Counted from the stretch's first letter, positions 10,149 to 20,847 are shown. The stretch is DNA of 64,000 bases from an uncultured virus (IMG/VR IMGVR_UViG_3300037189_010778) (IMGVR_UViG_3300037189_010778:1-64000), one strand, 5' to 3'. Program-made: numbers and translations. The notes: a model not told the origin generated them from the letters alone.

Positions 10149-11930
10149 TTAAAGGGTAGTTAAACCATTTACATAGATCTTAGCATAGAATTCAGGACGT
10201 AACATCTTCTTAGCGTAACGAGTCATAATACCTTTACGTGGAGTGAAAGTATTAGGATCGTACACCAGAGGAGTCATGATCAACGGAACATAAGGAGCAA
10301 ATACAGCACCTGCTTCCAAGAACTGAGTACCACGGAATCCTAAAAGAATTGTGTTTTCAGTCATGTAAGGGTTTTTGTATACTTTGTAACGACCGTTGAA
10401 AGTACCTGCTTTCTGAACACCAAACGCATATTCCATTTGATCAGCTTCGCCGTTATTGCTAGAAGCAAATCCAGGAATTGATTCAATAACAGTTGCAATT
10501 GTAGGACTAATTACCATAAAATTCGCACCTCCACGAAGAGTTAACTGGTGAATTTTGTTGCTTAATTTTTGGATTTTAGTGCCTAACGTTTGGAACCATT
10601 GGCCTTGAGTGTTATAGAAACCAGCATTAGTATTAGTAGTTGGACCAGCAGTAATAGAAGTAATAGAAGTATTATTAAGTACTGACCAATACTCTGTTCC
10701 AGCAGATGCGTCTTCAATTAACATATCTAAGATTTCCAAATCAATTTCCATTGAAATGTATTCACTCAACATGTTAGTCAATTCAGCTTCAGCATCGATG
10801 TTCTGGTAAGCATTCAAGTCTTGTGCAAATTCAGGTGTCCATACAGCTTTCAACTTTTTAGTTTTAGCAGTGATGGCTTGAGATTGCATTTGAATGTTGA
10901 TCTCAGGAAGAACGATGTTGGCTGGTGATACTGTACTACTTAATGAGTTCGGTACAGCATAAGAAGTATTACCATCTTCAAAATCACCAACATTGTAGTT
11001 ACCAGTACCAGCTGCACTACCACCTAAAGCAGTTGCTTTGTTGTAGTAAATAATCATACTATTAGCACCACCACCAGCAGCAGCAAGAGCAGTAAAGTTA
11101 GCGGATGAAGTAACAAAAAACTGAATTGAACCAGCTCCAGCAGATGTGTAAGTGTAAGTAGTGAACTGAGGTAACACACTAGCATTAGTTAAAGAACCTG
11201 AAAGTGGTATGAATCCACGAACAGCATCAGGATCAAATCCAGATAATTGAGAAGCACTAATTGTTAATTTGTAAATAGTACCAGAAGCTACAGAAGCTGA
11301 GTAAGCACTGTCAAAGTTTAATTCACTCCAAGATGCTGATACAAAACTACCTGTACTTGCGGCCACAGCTGCGGTACCAAAAACTGAACTATTAGTAGCA
11401 GAGGCTGTGTAAGGAATAGAAGCACTAAACTGGTTAGTAGAGTATGTAAATCTACCAGCTCCGTAAAGACCTCCTTCAGCTGCATTTGTTTGAAAAGGAT
11501 ACTGAGAACCAGAATTGTTAGTACCACCATAAAGTGAAGCATTCTGAGTAAATGGATTTTTAGAGTTACCATATTGGAAATCTAAGAAAAACACTAGACC
11601 AGAAGGTAAATTCATAGGCTGTACAGAAACAAATTCTTTAGCAGCGATTTGAGCAAACACCTTACGCACTAATGGTAAAGCAATACCAGCCCATTCAGCA
11701 CCGTTACCAGTACTAAACGCACCAAAACCACTACCACCACCTACGTTGGAAGTTTCAGTTACTAATTGTTTGGCTTGGTTTTCAAGCAACATAGCCATGT
11801 TATTTCTATCTGTATCTCCTAATCCTTCTAGGAGACCAGTTTTTCCCCACTTTTTCGCTAAGCGAGCCGCATCACTTTGAAGTGATCTGTATGGGTTTGC
11901 GGATTCGAGTAATGATTGAATCTGACTCAT
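10149..11930 (-). CDS. Major capsid protein (T4 gp23-like)
   Basis: LLENQ; LPLVRKVF..IAAKEFVSVQPMNLPSGLVFFLD; KTKKLKAVWTPEFAQDL; DAEAEL; YVPL; P.KGIMTRYA. Confidence 0.95.
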   Translation of the reverse strand: MSQIQSLLESANPYRSLQSDAARLAKKWGKTGLLEGLGDTDRNNMAMLLENQAKQLVTETSNVGGGSGFGAFSTGNGAEWAGIALPLVRKVFAQIAAKEFVSVQPMNLPSGLVFFLDFQYGNSKNPFTQNASLYGGTNNSGSQYPFQTNAAEGGLYGAGRFTYSTNQFSASIPYTASATNSSVFGTAAVAASTGSFVSASWSELNFDSAYSASVASGTIYKLTISASQLSGFDPDAVRGFIPLSGSLTNASVLPQFTTYTYTSAGAGSIQFFVTSSANFTALAAAGGGANSMIIYYNKATALGGSAAGTGNYNVGDFEDGNTSYAVPNSLSSTVSPANIVLPEINIQMQSQAITAKTKKLKAVWTPEFAQDLNAYQNIDAEAELTNMLSEYISMEIDLEILDMLIEDASAGTEYWSVLNNTSITSITAGPTTNTNAGFYNTQGQWFQTLGTKIQKLSNKIHQLTLRGGANFMVISPTIATVIESIPGFASSNNGEADQMEYAFGVQKAGTFNGRYKVYKNPYMTENTILLGFRGTQFLEAGAVFAPYVPLIMTPLVYDPNTFTPRKGIMTRYAKKMLRPEFYAKIYVNGLTTL

Positions 11931-11965
11931 TGTTTTAAAATTTGGTTTTTAGTTTAAAATATTAT

Positions 11966-13057
11966 TTACTTTTTAATACCGGCTAATTTTTGCATTCTTT
12001 CAAACGCGGAATTAACTTCGATAATTGGTTGTTTGGTGTTTTGAGCACCAGCGATAACTTTAGATGCCATACCTCTTACAGACTCAGTCATAGGACGTTT
12101 TGTAGTAGTTTGTGTATTTAAGTTTTCCATCATGGTTTCATACACAAGTCTGGCTTCTTTTTTACTTGTAGCTTTGTCAAAAGCAGTTAAAACTTTAACT
12201 TTTTGTGACTCGCTTAAGTTTTTAGCTTTAAAGACTTTGTTAGCGTAAAGAAGTTTAGAATTTAATAAATTAACTTCACTGAGTTCAGATTTAACTTTGG
12301 CTAAAACTCTGTAAGCTTCATTTAATTCTTCTTTCATCTCATAATAAGCTTCAAAATCAACATCTTGGAATTTAGGTAAGTCTCTCTTATGTTTGCTAGC
12401 CTTACTAGTTCTGTCATGCTTTTCATAATAAGCATCAGGTTTAAGATCTTTAGCTTCATCTAAATCTTCGTCGTCGTACATTTCAGCTAAGAGTTCATCT
12501 AAGTTAATTTCCTCTTCTTCTTCATCTTCAACTTCTATTTCATCTTCAGCACCCATCTCATCTTCCATACCTTCATGTCCAGCTTCTAATTCGCCAGCTT
12601 CGATCATGTCAGAGATAACATCTTCAATGAAATTTTTTAAGTCTTTTTCGGTCATGTCTTCAATATCAAATTCTTCTTCCTCCTCTTCTTCAGCTTCTTC
12701 AGCTTCCATTAAGTCGGTGTCTGATTCTGAGCTTGGGGTAACATTACCGTGGGCTCCTTGCCCTCTAGGGTCATTAATAACTTCTTCCATGTCGTTAAGT
12801 TCTCTTAGAAGTTCATCTAAGTCTAACTCATCCATGGAATCTTCATTTTCGTACATAGATTCTTCATCCATGTCCATCTCTTCTGTTATGTCTTCCTCAT
12901 CCATATTCTCATCTATTTCAGCCAATTTAGCGGCTAATTTTTCTTTAAGATACGGAGTGAAAGTTTCTTCAAGAGCTACTTTTGCATTGGCGATCGCTGT
13001 CTCTTTTATAGCTTTAGCGTCGGCAATGGCTTCTTTCAGAATGTCTCTGTTTGCCAT
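11966..13057 (-). CDS. Prohead scaffolding/core protein (T4 gp22 analogue); probable ATG at 13057
   Basis: Very acidic, coiled-coil-like; between protease and capsid genes; ends FERMQKLAGIKK. Confidence 0.8.
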   Translation of the reverse strand: MANRDILKEAIADAKAIKETAIANAKVALEETFTPYLKEKLAAKLAEIDENMDEEDITEEMDMDEESMYENEDSMDELDLDELLRELNDMEEVINDPRGQGAHGNVTPSSESDTDLMEAEEAEEEEEEEFDIEDMTEKDLKNFIEDVISDMIEAGELEAGHEGMEDEMGAEDEIEVEDEEEEEINLDELLAEMYDDEDLDEAKDLKPDAYYEKHDRTSKASKHKRDLPKFQDVDFEAYYEMKEELNEAYRVLAKVKSELSEVNLLNSKLLYANKVFKAKNLSESQKVKVLTAFDKATSKKEARLVYETMMENLNTQTTTKRPMTESVRGMASKVIAGAQNTKQPIIEVNSAFERMQKLAGIKK

Positions 13058-13193
13058 AATTTTCCTCAAATTTTTTGTTGGAAGTACGCTTATTAAGTGT
13101 TGAAAGCGTAATATAATTTATATAAGCGATGCAATATAGGGAATTGCATATTCTAATATACATATATCGAAGGGACTCAAAATACCAAAAAGA

Positions 13194-13215
13194 AACCCTC
13201 CTTTTAAGGGGGGTT
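13194..13215 (-). terminator. Putative terminator after prohead protease
   Basis: Minus strand AACCCCCCTTAAAAGGAGGGTT then TCTTTTT; one stem mismatch. Confidence 0.55.
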
Positions 13216-13236
13216 AATTTATTTTATAGTATACAA

Positions 13237-13854
13237 TTATATTATAGGACAAGTACCATTAGCGCAAAGTATTTCAGCTAAAAGAGTATTTACTCTAGAG
13301 TATGGATATGTTTTTCTTCTCATTCCTTCATTTAATCCTTCTTTTACTGAGCGCATATATGAACCTGGATTAGATGGTGTGCTTACAAAATCCCAACATA
13401 ATAATTCAAAGTCATCTTGTACTTCCATTGTTCCTTCTCCTAGTGGTTTTAAACTACCCATTCCACGAGATGAAACACCTACTTGTACATTATTGTCAAT
13501 AAGTGCTTTTAATATATTACCAGAAACTGTGGGTAGTATTTCAATTTTACCTATCACTTTATCTCCATCCCACCATATGTTTCTTATAATATGAGATACA
13601 TTTTTTAATGAGATAATAGAGGAATCAGGATGATCTAATTCACCTGTTGCTCTATTTTCTTTAATACAATCCATGTATTTTTCTATCTCACGTTCCCATA
13701 ACTCCTTAGGATAATATCTACCATTGCCGTTTTTAACTTCAGCTGTAGCTAATATGCCCTCAACAAGTGGATTACCAGATGGAGCTTTAGCACCTTCATG
13801 AAGTTGTTCAGGTGATACTGAAAAGGGCATTGTTTCTATTAATACTTGTTTCAT
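13237..13854 (-). CDS. Prohead maturation protease (T4 gp21-like)
   Basis: N.NGRYYP; GELDHP; VSH; GVSSRGMGS; WDFVSTPS. Confidence 0.93.
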   Translation of the reverse strand: MKQVLIETMPFSVSPEQLHEGAKAPSGNPLVEGILATAEVKNGNGRYYPKELWEREIEKYMDCIKENRATGELDHPDSSIISLKNVSHIIRNIWWDGDKVIGKIEILPTVSGNILKALIDNNVQVGVSSRGMGSLKPLGEGTMEVQDDFELLCWDFVSTPSNPGSYMRSVKEGLNEGMRRKTYPYSRVNTLLAEILCANGTCPII

Positions 13855-13856
13855 AC

Positions 13857-14894
13857 TTATTCTATAGTGTTATCTTCTTCACCAATTACTTCTTCTTTAG
13901 ACGTTGATTTTTTATCTAATTTTGCTTTAAGACTTTCAAGTTTTTTTATCTCATTTTTGAGATCTTTCATTGTCTTAGGATTAGTAGCTCCCTTTTCAAT
14001 TTCTTCAAGTGTAGTTAATGCTTTAAGTTTTTTCTTGCGCTTCATTATTTCTTCACCAATTTTTCTAGCTTTAGCTTGATATTCAGCTATTTTGCCTACC
14101 TCATCAATTTCTTTCATGTTAAGTTCTTCTTTGATGAGTTGTTGAATAACTCTACGCAATTTAGTTTCTTGCAATCTAATTGTCTTTGGTTTACCAGGTA
14201 ATGGCATTTTCTTTACTCCTTTTGAGTTTTGTGGTTTTATTGGCATTTCTTTTACTTTTTTAGGCATTGTTGTTTTAGCTTCCTTATCACTAAGGGTATC
14301 TTTAGTATTGGATTTAATTTTTTCTACTCCAGCATCTGTATCACCATATCCACTAGCTTTCCATTTTCCTTTAGGTGCTTTAGGTTCACCTAATCCAGGA
14401 GCATCTTTAGTATATCCTATACCTTTAATACCAAATTGAGCTTCTATGGCGTAATAGTTTCTATCTTTACCTAGATTTTTAGCTACAATTTGTTTAATTT
14501 CGTCTGGTGTTTTATTTTTATTTTTTGGATCTTGCATTTCTGTGTAGAATCCATTTAAAAATGTTTGACCATATAAATTATCAATATTATCTGGGGTTTT
14601 GTAATCGTATGAATGGTCTTGTATGTCAGTTACTTCTTTAGATACTTTATTTTCTTTAGCTCTAACTGATTCATTAAATACAGAAAACCAATCTTTACGA
14701 CCCCCAGTAGATACCATTCCTAATCCAGCTTTACTTTCTGTAAGAATACTTTTATCTTTTAATATATTAACTGTTTCCTTAAATGAATTATAGTGGTTAA
14801 CATATTCAGGAAACAAGTAACGTGCTTGTTTTAGAAAGTGGTTTTTATTACCTTTACCTTCTTGTATTTGTTTGTATTGGTCTTGTAATGTCAT
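13857..14894 (-). CDS. Hypothetical head-associated protein
   Basis: 345 aa in head cluster; ILTE, RLQE, LIKEEL motifs. Confidence 0.55.
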   Translation of the reverse strand: MTLQDQYKQIQEGKGNKNHFLKQARYLFPEYVNHYNSFKETVNILKDKSILTESKAGLGMVSTGGRKDWFSVFNESVRAKENKVSKEVTDIQDHSYDYKTPDNIDNLYGQTFLNGFYTEMQDPKNKNKTPDEIKQIVAKNLGKDRNYYAIEAQFGIKGIGYTKDAPGLGEPKAPKGKWKASGYGDTDAGVEKIKSNTKDTLSDKEAKTTMPKKVKEMPIKPQNSKGVKKMPLPGKPKTIRLQETKLRRVIQQLIKEELNMKEIDEVGKIAEYQAKARKIGEEIMKRKKKLKALTTLEEIEKGATNPKTMKDLKNEIKKLESLKAKLDKKSTSKEEVIGEEDNTIE

Positions 14895-14908
14895 TTTATT
14901 TTTATTTA

Positions 14909-15196
14909 TTATGTGTATAAAATTACAGGGGCACTACCAACTGCTAAACTACATGATGTTATAAATAACGGTATCATTGTTCCAGCGGGTAATGTAATTG
15001 TAGTTGCTCCAGATTCGATAACTGTGTTAGTAGCTGACAAAGCAACTCCATACTTAAATGTTACTGTTGAGCCAGTTATATTAGTACTTCCATTCGCAGA
15101 ACCAGTTCCTAAACTTTGAATTCCAGCGAAAGAACCAGTTGTGGATTGAGTTCCAGTTAATATTACACCACCAAAATTTACAGGTATATTTGCCAT
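14909..15196 (-). CDS. Small hypothetical virion protein
   Basis: 95 aa, Gly/Ser/Thr rich. Confidence 0.55.
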   Translation of the reverse strand: MANIPVNFGGVILTGTQSTTGSFAGIQSLGTGSANGSTNITGSTVTFKYGVALSATNTVIESGATTITLPAGTMIPLFITSCSLAVGSAPVILYT

Positions 15197-15213
15197 TTTA
15201 TATTATATTTTGT

Positions 15214-15582
15214 TTATGATTTTTTATTATTTCCCCATAAATATTTAGTATCTACCCATTTAGCATTTTTAGCTAATTTTTTTGCGTTAACTGGTTTATA
15301 TCCAAATTTTTTAACGTACATGTTGTTAGTAACACCAGTAGAACCAGCTTTAGGACCTTTACCTAAAGATGCTCCAGGATTAGTTTCATCTAGGGGTTGA
15401 TGTGGGGCTAATTTATAAGCATATTTTATAGATTGAGCACCTTTAGCTTTTTTATTTGGATTAAAAGCAAATGGTGTAGCATATTGTGGACCGTTACCAG
15501 TACTAAAACCAGCACCACCACCAGTAGCACTTACTTCTTTAAGTTTTTTAAATATGCTATTTATAATTTTTTTCTTATCCAT
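15214..15582 (-). CDS. Hypothetical head-associated protein
   Basis: 122 aa; KLKE-VSATGGGAGFSTGNG resembles a capsid N-terminal segment. Confidence 0.6.
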   Translation of the reverse strand: MDKKKIINSIFKKLKEVSATGGGAGFSTGNGPQYATPFAFNPNKKAKGAQSIKYAYKLAPHQPLDETNPGASLGKGPKAGSTGVTNNMYVKKFGYKPVNAKKLAKNAKWVDTKYLWGNNKKS

Positions 15583-16432
15583 GTATTGAAGTAAGTTCTT
15601 CTAACAATTCATAATATTGTAATAAATTAACTAAATCGTCATTATCAATTTTATCTGTTTTACCTAATTCTACTAGTAAATTAGATACTTCATTAATTTT
15701 AATGTTAGTAGCTTTATCTGTTACTTTTTTATTTAGATTAGACAATGATAATTTAATTTCACTAATTTTAGTATTATAGAACTGACGTAATGTTGGAGTT
15801 GAATCCATTGAATTTATAAATTCTTTTAATACTAATTTTTGATTATCGTTTAAATCTGCGTATTTACCATTAAATTTCTCTAATAATACTCTGTATGTTA
15901 ATATACGGAGATCTTTATCGTATGATCTGAATTCTTCTAGTAAATTATCTTTAACTTGTTTTTCATCAATCGTTTTATTAGTTAACGCTTCAAGCAATGC
16001 TACTTTATTAGTTATAATTTGATCAGGATTAGATAAACTTTCACTATTATATATTTCAAGCAATGTATATAATGCTGCTTGTGCTTTATAGTTAGGTAAT
16101 TTAGTTTTAAAGAATTCATCCAAATTGTAATGTTTAGATATTTCTTTAATTAAATTATATTTTTGTCTTTTAAGTGTTTTTCTATTTAATTGCTTAGAAG
16201 ATTCAATAATAGTATTGATCACAATATCTGCCTTTGTCTCACTTAAATGTCTTTTACTCAATAAAGTTTCATAAAGTTTATATTCTTTACCTAATTCTGT
16301 TTTAACAAAGAATTTTTTAAGAATATGAGTAGCTTTAGATTCTTTACCTGAAAGACTGTCTGCTGTTATTCGTCTTACAAGTAATTCAAATAGAATACCT
16401 GTATTTTTGTATTTAGAATGTGATATTCGCAT
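15575..16432 (-). CDS. Hypothetical helical protein next to portal (possible prohead core component)
   Basis: 285 aa ORF with ATATTTATA motif upstream; function inferred from position only. Confidence 0.55.
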   Translation of the reverse strand: MRISHSKYKNTGILFELLVRRITADSLSGKESKATHILKKFFVKTELGKEYKLYETLLSKRHLSETKADIVINTIIESSKQLNRKTLKRQKYNLIKEISKHYNLDEFFKTKLPNYKAQAALYTLLEIYNSESLSNPDQIITNKVALLEALTNKTIDEKQVKDNLLEEFRSYDKDLRILTYRVLLEKFNGKYADLNDNQKLVLKEFINSMDSTPTLRQFYNTKISEIKLSLSNLNKKVTDKATNIKINEVSNLLVELGKTDKIDNDDLVNLLQYYELLEELTSIHG

Positions 16433-16465
16433 TCAATAGATTTTATTATAAATATGTAAAAATAA

Positions 16466-18361
16466 TTACTCCTTCAATTGTCTTTCATCCAACAACGTAA
16501 TGTTTTCTGTTTCTTTAGGGAACAGAGGTGTTTTACTTAAACTCTCAATTAACGTTTTATTCTTTTGATATACGGTTTGAGCTGTCTCAAGAGCTAATGG
16601 TGAACCACCTTTATAATTAGTTTTTCCGTATGTTTCTTGATCATCTACTTTCATATCAGTTTTACCTAATCTGTCTCTACCAAAAGCATTATATTGAGTG
16701 TTTATGTTAGATACTTTTTCAGATGGACGACCTAATTTTATATCTTCTCCATACCCATCAGGTACATTTTCAGGATTACTTCCCATTCTTCCAGCGCCAT
16801 ATAATGCAGCCAAGTCATGAGGTGTACCATATGATTTACCTGTTACTTTAGGATCATTTCCTTCTTCAGTAACTTGTTTAATTCTAAACTCACGTTTAGC
16901 ATCTTCAAGAGCTAAATCTCTATATTCTGAGTATTGGTCTTGAGATAAATGGAATATATTATCATAAATCCAATCTGTAGGTAATAGTTTAGATTCTTGG
17001 ATACTTCTAGCTAAATCTACTTTTTCTTTTAATAACGCAATACGTTCCTGATCATATATAATTGATGGTGTAGTAAGAGATAATTCAAAATTAGTTAATT
17101 GATCAGTTGTATATCCTTGTGTATATAAATGTACTAATGCTATTTTATACAGCTCAGATAATGTTATACGTTGAATCCTATCAATAGTACGAGCAAAACG
17201 AATATCTTCAGCAGCTAATGTGGCTTTACCTGTTAAATCTTTTTCATACCCCATAAACGCTTTAGGTACTTTTAACGCTGCGAATAACTTATCTCTTAGG
17301 TAAGTTACGTCTTCTATAGCAGTATATTGTAATCCAGGTAATGTTTCTATCTTAGTTGTTTGATCATTTCCACGTACAGGTATAAAGAAGTCTTCAAGTA
17401 AATTTTGCATGTTGTACTTTAAGTTATATTGACCTGTTTCTTGATCAATAAACGGAGTACGTTTCATCTTTGAAATAGTTTTTTGCATGAAGTTTTCTAC
17501 TTCATTAGGTGGAATAGAACCAACATTTAAGTAGTAAACACGTTTATCTGGAGAACGAGCAATACGATGTATTAACATCGCGTCTTCCATTAATGTGTAT
17601 TGTTTAAATAAACGACGAGCGGGTTCAATATAAGCTCTACCATAAGGTAAATAGTTATTGTCTGTTAAAAGACGAAAATGAGCCATTTCATAGTTATCAA
17701 AAAACACACCTGGAGTAGTGCTAGGATCCGTACCTGCTACACTATAATATCCTGATCCACCTGTATAAAATCCATCAGGTGAGTATTTAAAACGTACTGA
17801 AAATGGATTATCTTTGTCCCATCCCTCTTCTCTTTCAATATGATAAGCAGGAATAGGAATTACATTATATACTCCAAATTTTTCAGATATATCTAATTTA
17901 AGGAAAAAATCACCATATTTACACATTTGACGAATCCATGCCCATAAATTAAATTCAATATTTAAAATATCATAAAATAAGTTATATAATGTCTTTTGAA
18001 TATCTTCATTACTACTTCTTATTTGTAATACTTCACCCATATCATTTTTAAGGGTACATTCTTCAGCTACAATATCTAAAGCAGATGCAACAATAGCATC
18101 TGTATCCATAATATCATAATCAGAATAAATTTGAGGTCTTAAATATCTATAGTTTAAATTAAACTGAGCACCAAATAATGATGTTGCTCCAGGTGAATAT
18201 ATTCTATTATATCTATCCACAAGAGAATTAGTAGCAAATTCTCCTGATTGTTGGATAGTATTGGTATCCATTACTTTAATTTGGTTACCACCATCATTGC
18301 GTATAACTACATCTGTTGAAAATAAACGTTGTAGTCTTCTAAATATACTTGTATCAGCCAT
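16466..18361 (-). CDS. Portal protein (T4 gp20-like)
   Basis: LMEDAMLIHRIARSPDKRVYYLNVGSIP; LEDFFIPVRG; IETLPG; KLFAALKVP. Confidence 0.93.
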   Translation of the reverse strand: MADTSIFRRLQRLFSTDVVIRNDGGNQIKVMDTNTIQQSGEFATNSLVDRYNRIYSPGATSLFGAQFNLNYRYLRPQIYSDYDIMDTDAIVASALDIVAEECTLKNDMGEVLQIRSSNEDIQKTLYNLFYDILNIEFNLWAWIRQMCKYGDFFLKLDISEKFGVYNVIPIPAYHIEREEGWDKDNPFSVRFKYSPDGFYTGGSGYYSVAGTDPSTTPGVFFDNYEMAHFRLLTDNNYLPYGRAYIEPARRLFKQYTLMEDAMLIHRIARSPDKRVYYLNVGSIPPNEVENFMQKTISKMKRTPFIDQETGQYNLKYNMQNLLEDFFIPVRGNDQTTKIETLPGLQYTAIEDVTYLRDKLFAALKVPKAFMGYEKDLTGKATLAAEDIRFARTIDRIQRITLSELYKIALVHLYTQGYTTDQLTNFELSLTTPSIIYDQERIALLKEKVDLARSIQESKLLPTDWIYDNIFHLSQDQYSEYRDLALEDAKREFRIKQVTEEGNDPKVTGKSYGTPHDLAALYGAGRMGSNPENVPDGYGEDIKLGRPSEKVSNINTQYNAFGRDRLGKTDMKVDDQETYGKTNYKGGSPLALETAQTVYQKNKTLIESLSKTPLFPKETENITLLDERQLKE

Positions 18362-18367
18362 ATCTTT

Positions 18368-18399
18368 ATAATATATGTATAAATATTAAAAAAACCAAA
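18368..18399 (-). promoter_or_regulatory. Bacteroidota-type promoter candidate overlapping a late motif, upstream of portal
   Basis: TTTG-N20-TATATTAT, with ATATTTATA (18378-18386) inside the spacer. Confidence 0.45.
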
Positions 18400-18404
18400 T
18401 AGGT

Positions 18405-19979
18405 TTAATCTAAAAGCCAGCTAAAATTTTCTCTACCTCCTCTTCCATCAGACATAAAATAAGGATTATCCTGACCAGTAGCGAAATAAGCACCTTGGGT
18501 TGGACCTGATTTTCCTACGCCACTTAATGTTGCTCGAGTTAAATCTTGGCTTTGTTGTCTAAATTTAAGTGACGTATCTCTTAGATACATTCCTATTCCA
18601 AATGACATTACTAAATCATCATTATATCCAGATTGTGCTTCTGCTCTACCGTTTCTCCATATGAATACTTTCATTTCATCTAATAAACGTTTAGAACGTA
18701 TGGTTACAGATCTATCACCAACATATTCTCTAAATTTATTTACTACTAAAGGTCTTGTTCGTAAAGACATTGTAAATCCAGCTGTAACATTATCACTATT
18801 TTCATATTTGTTAAAATATGAGTCTACAGTTAATGTATCTGATTTAGGAGAAAAATATAAGTTTTTATAACCTCGCTCTAAAATAGCATCTAATGTAGAC
18901 CAACCAATATTAGAGTTTTCAACTACAAGTAAAGCTTGATTATATTCTGTAGCGGCTCCTACTAGAAAATATCCAAATTCTTTAGGAGGTAATTGACCCT
19001 TATATTCAGCTACTTGAGTATTAGTTGCTATATCTATAACATGAAACGCTGAGAAATCTCGGCCATCACCTCTAGCAACATCTGCTAATACCATATAATC
19101 TCTTTGATAATCGGGTTGTTCCCACACCCAATAATTTTGATCTGCGCCTCTACGTTCTGATGGGTCTTGTATAGTAGTATTAGATATAAATTCTAACCAT
19201 TCATTATAAAAAACAATATCACCAGATGTTGCAAAATCACAATCACATTCTTGAGCAGCTAATCTTGGATCACCTAATAATTCATCTTGTCTTTTTCTCC
19301 AACTTTCATCTCGTTCTGGATGTACATACCATGGTAATTTAATTGGTAAAAAGTCATTTTCAGCGTTTTCTGCTTTAGTCCAAGTTTGATGAAACCAATT
19401 ACCTGTACCATATGGGGTAGATAACACAATAGCTCCACCTCCGGTAGCTAAGGTTTGTTGAGCGGATGCCCATGTATCTTCAATATTTTCAATAAACGCA
19501 GCCTCATCTACTATAAGTAATGATACTGCTTCTGAACGTGCAGCGTCACTATTTGATGATTTTGCTTTAATTTGAGAACCATTTGATAATCTTATTGATA
19601 ACTTATTATTTTCTTCTGTAGGTACTTTTAACCAAGATGGTAAATTATCATACATAAATTTCACCTTAGTTACCATATTGCGAGCTGTTTCTTGTGTTTT
19701 GGATAAACACAAAACATTTTTATCTTTATGGAATAACATTAACCATAAAGAATATCCTGCTGCTAATGTAGATATACCTAACTGTCTAGATTTAAGTACT
19801 ATAGAATATGGATTATCTTTCCATAATGTCAATACTTTACCTTGAAACGGATATAAATTAAATATTACACGACCCCTCTGTGGATGCTGTATATGACAAT
19901 ATTTTTGCATAAAGTGGGCAGGATCAGCTGCACATTTTATATATTCCTCTCTTATAATCTGTTTAATATCTGTACTCAT
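18405..19979 (-). CDS. terL: Terminase large subunit (T4 gp17-like)
   Basis: LYPFQ; KSRQLGIST Walker A; LLIVDEAAF Walker B; STPYG; ADVARGDGRDFS; DDLVMS. Confidence 0.95.
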   Translation of the reverse strand: MSTDIKQIIREEYIKCAADPAHFMQKYCHIQHPQRGRVIFNLYPFQGKVLTLWKDNPYSIVLKSRQLGISTLAAGYSLWLMLFHKDKNVLCLSKTQETARNMVTKVKFMYDNLPSWLKVPTEENNKLSIRLSNGSQIKAKSSNSDAARSEAVSLLIVDEAAFIENIEDTWASAQQTLATGGGAIVLSTPYGTGNWFHQTWTKAENAENDFLPIKLPWYVHPERDESWRKRQDELLGDPRLAAQECDCDFATSGDIVFYNEWLEFISNTTIQDPSERRGADQNYWVWEQPDYQRDYMVLADVARGDGRDFSAFHVIDIATNTQVAEYKGQLPPKEFGYFLVGAATEYNQALLVVENSNIGWSTLDAILERGYKNLYFSPKSDTLTVDSYFNKYENSDNVTAGFTMSLRTRPLVVNKFREYVGDRSVTIRSKRLLDEMKVFIWRNGRAEAQSGYNDDLVMSFGIGMYLRDTSLKFRQQSQDLTRATLSGVGKSGPTQGAYFATGQDNPYFMSDGRGGRENFSWLLD

Positions 19980-20006
19980 GTGTATAAATATTATATAAGG
20001 ATATAA

Positions 20007-20029
20007 AAACCCGGCATAAAGCCGGGTTT
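20007..20029 (-). terminator. Intrinsic terminator
   Basis: aaacccggc-ataaa-gccgggttt hairpin with T-run on minus strand. Confidence 0.8.
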
Positions 20030-20049
20030 AACTGAAATGGTTAAAGATA

Positions 20050-20847
20050 TTATTTTAATAAACTTATTAATCTATCTTGTGCTTTTTCTAATTCTTTTTT
20101 AGCTTTAGTTTTTTCTTTAAGTGCGTCTTTTAATTTTTCTTTTTCTTCTCCTTCAGCTTGTTTATATTTTCCTACTATTTCTTTCATTTCTTTTTCTATA
20201 GCAGTTAATTCATCTTCTAACTTTTGAAGTCTAACTGAACTTTTATTTGTTTTTGCTGCTGTTTGAGCTCGTTCATCTTTTTCCTTTTCATTACTTTTTT
20301 CTTTAGATGTTGATGTTTTAGGAGTTGATGCTTTAGGTTCTTTAGGTTCTTTAGGTGTTGATGTTTTAGGTTCTTTAGGTAATTTTTCTCTACCAGCTTC
20401 AAGATATGCTGCAAAATCTCCATCTTCTTTTTCAAGAGCAGCTCGAGTAGCTGGGTTATTCCATGTAGCTGTATCTTTATTTGTTTGTTTAGCTAATACT
20501 TTAATATCTACTTCATTTTCTTTTTCTAAAGCGGATAATAATTGATCTAAGGCATTTTTACCATATTTTTCACCTCTATTTTCTTTATACTTATCTAATG
20601 CTTTTTTAAAGCCTTCTTTATCTTTTACTTTATAAAAAGATGCCATTTCATTAAGTGAAATTTCAGCTACACCAATTGATGTTTGTGTTTTTCTAGCTTG
20701 AGATATAGCGTCTTTAACGGTGTCTAAACCAGTTCGTTCAGTTCTAGCTATACTTGGTGCTTCTGATGGGTCTGTTTTAGAGCCAACCATAGTTAATTCT
20801 GAAATTATCATTTCTTTGATAAGTTGTTTAAGTTGAGATTTTTTCAT
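20050..20847 (-). CDS. Hypothetical protein with MKKSQLKQLIKEMIISE leader
   Basis: 265 aa; Lys/Glu-rich; PKEPK repeats. Confidence 0.7.
   Translation of the reverse strand: MKKSQLKQLIKEMIISELTMVGSKTDPSEAPSIARTERTGLDTVKDAISQARKTQTSIGVAEISLNEMASFYKVKDKEGFKKALDKYKENRGEKYGKNALDQLLSALEKENEVDIKVLAKQTNKDTATWNNPATRAALEKEDGDFAAYLEAGREKLPKEPKTSTPKEPKEPKASTPKTSTSKEKSNEKEKDERAQTAAKTNKSSVRLQKLEDELTAIEKEMKEIVGKYKQAEGEEKEKLKDALKEKTKAKKELEKAQDRLISLLK

Noticed and set aside
19930..19979. Terminase N-terminus (IKQIIREEY) as a cargo leader
   Set aside because: It runs into EYIKC..DP..F, a normal gp17-type N-terminal segment; likely coincidental
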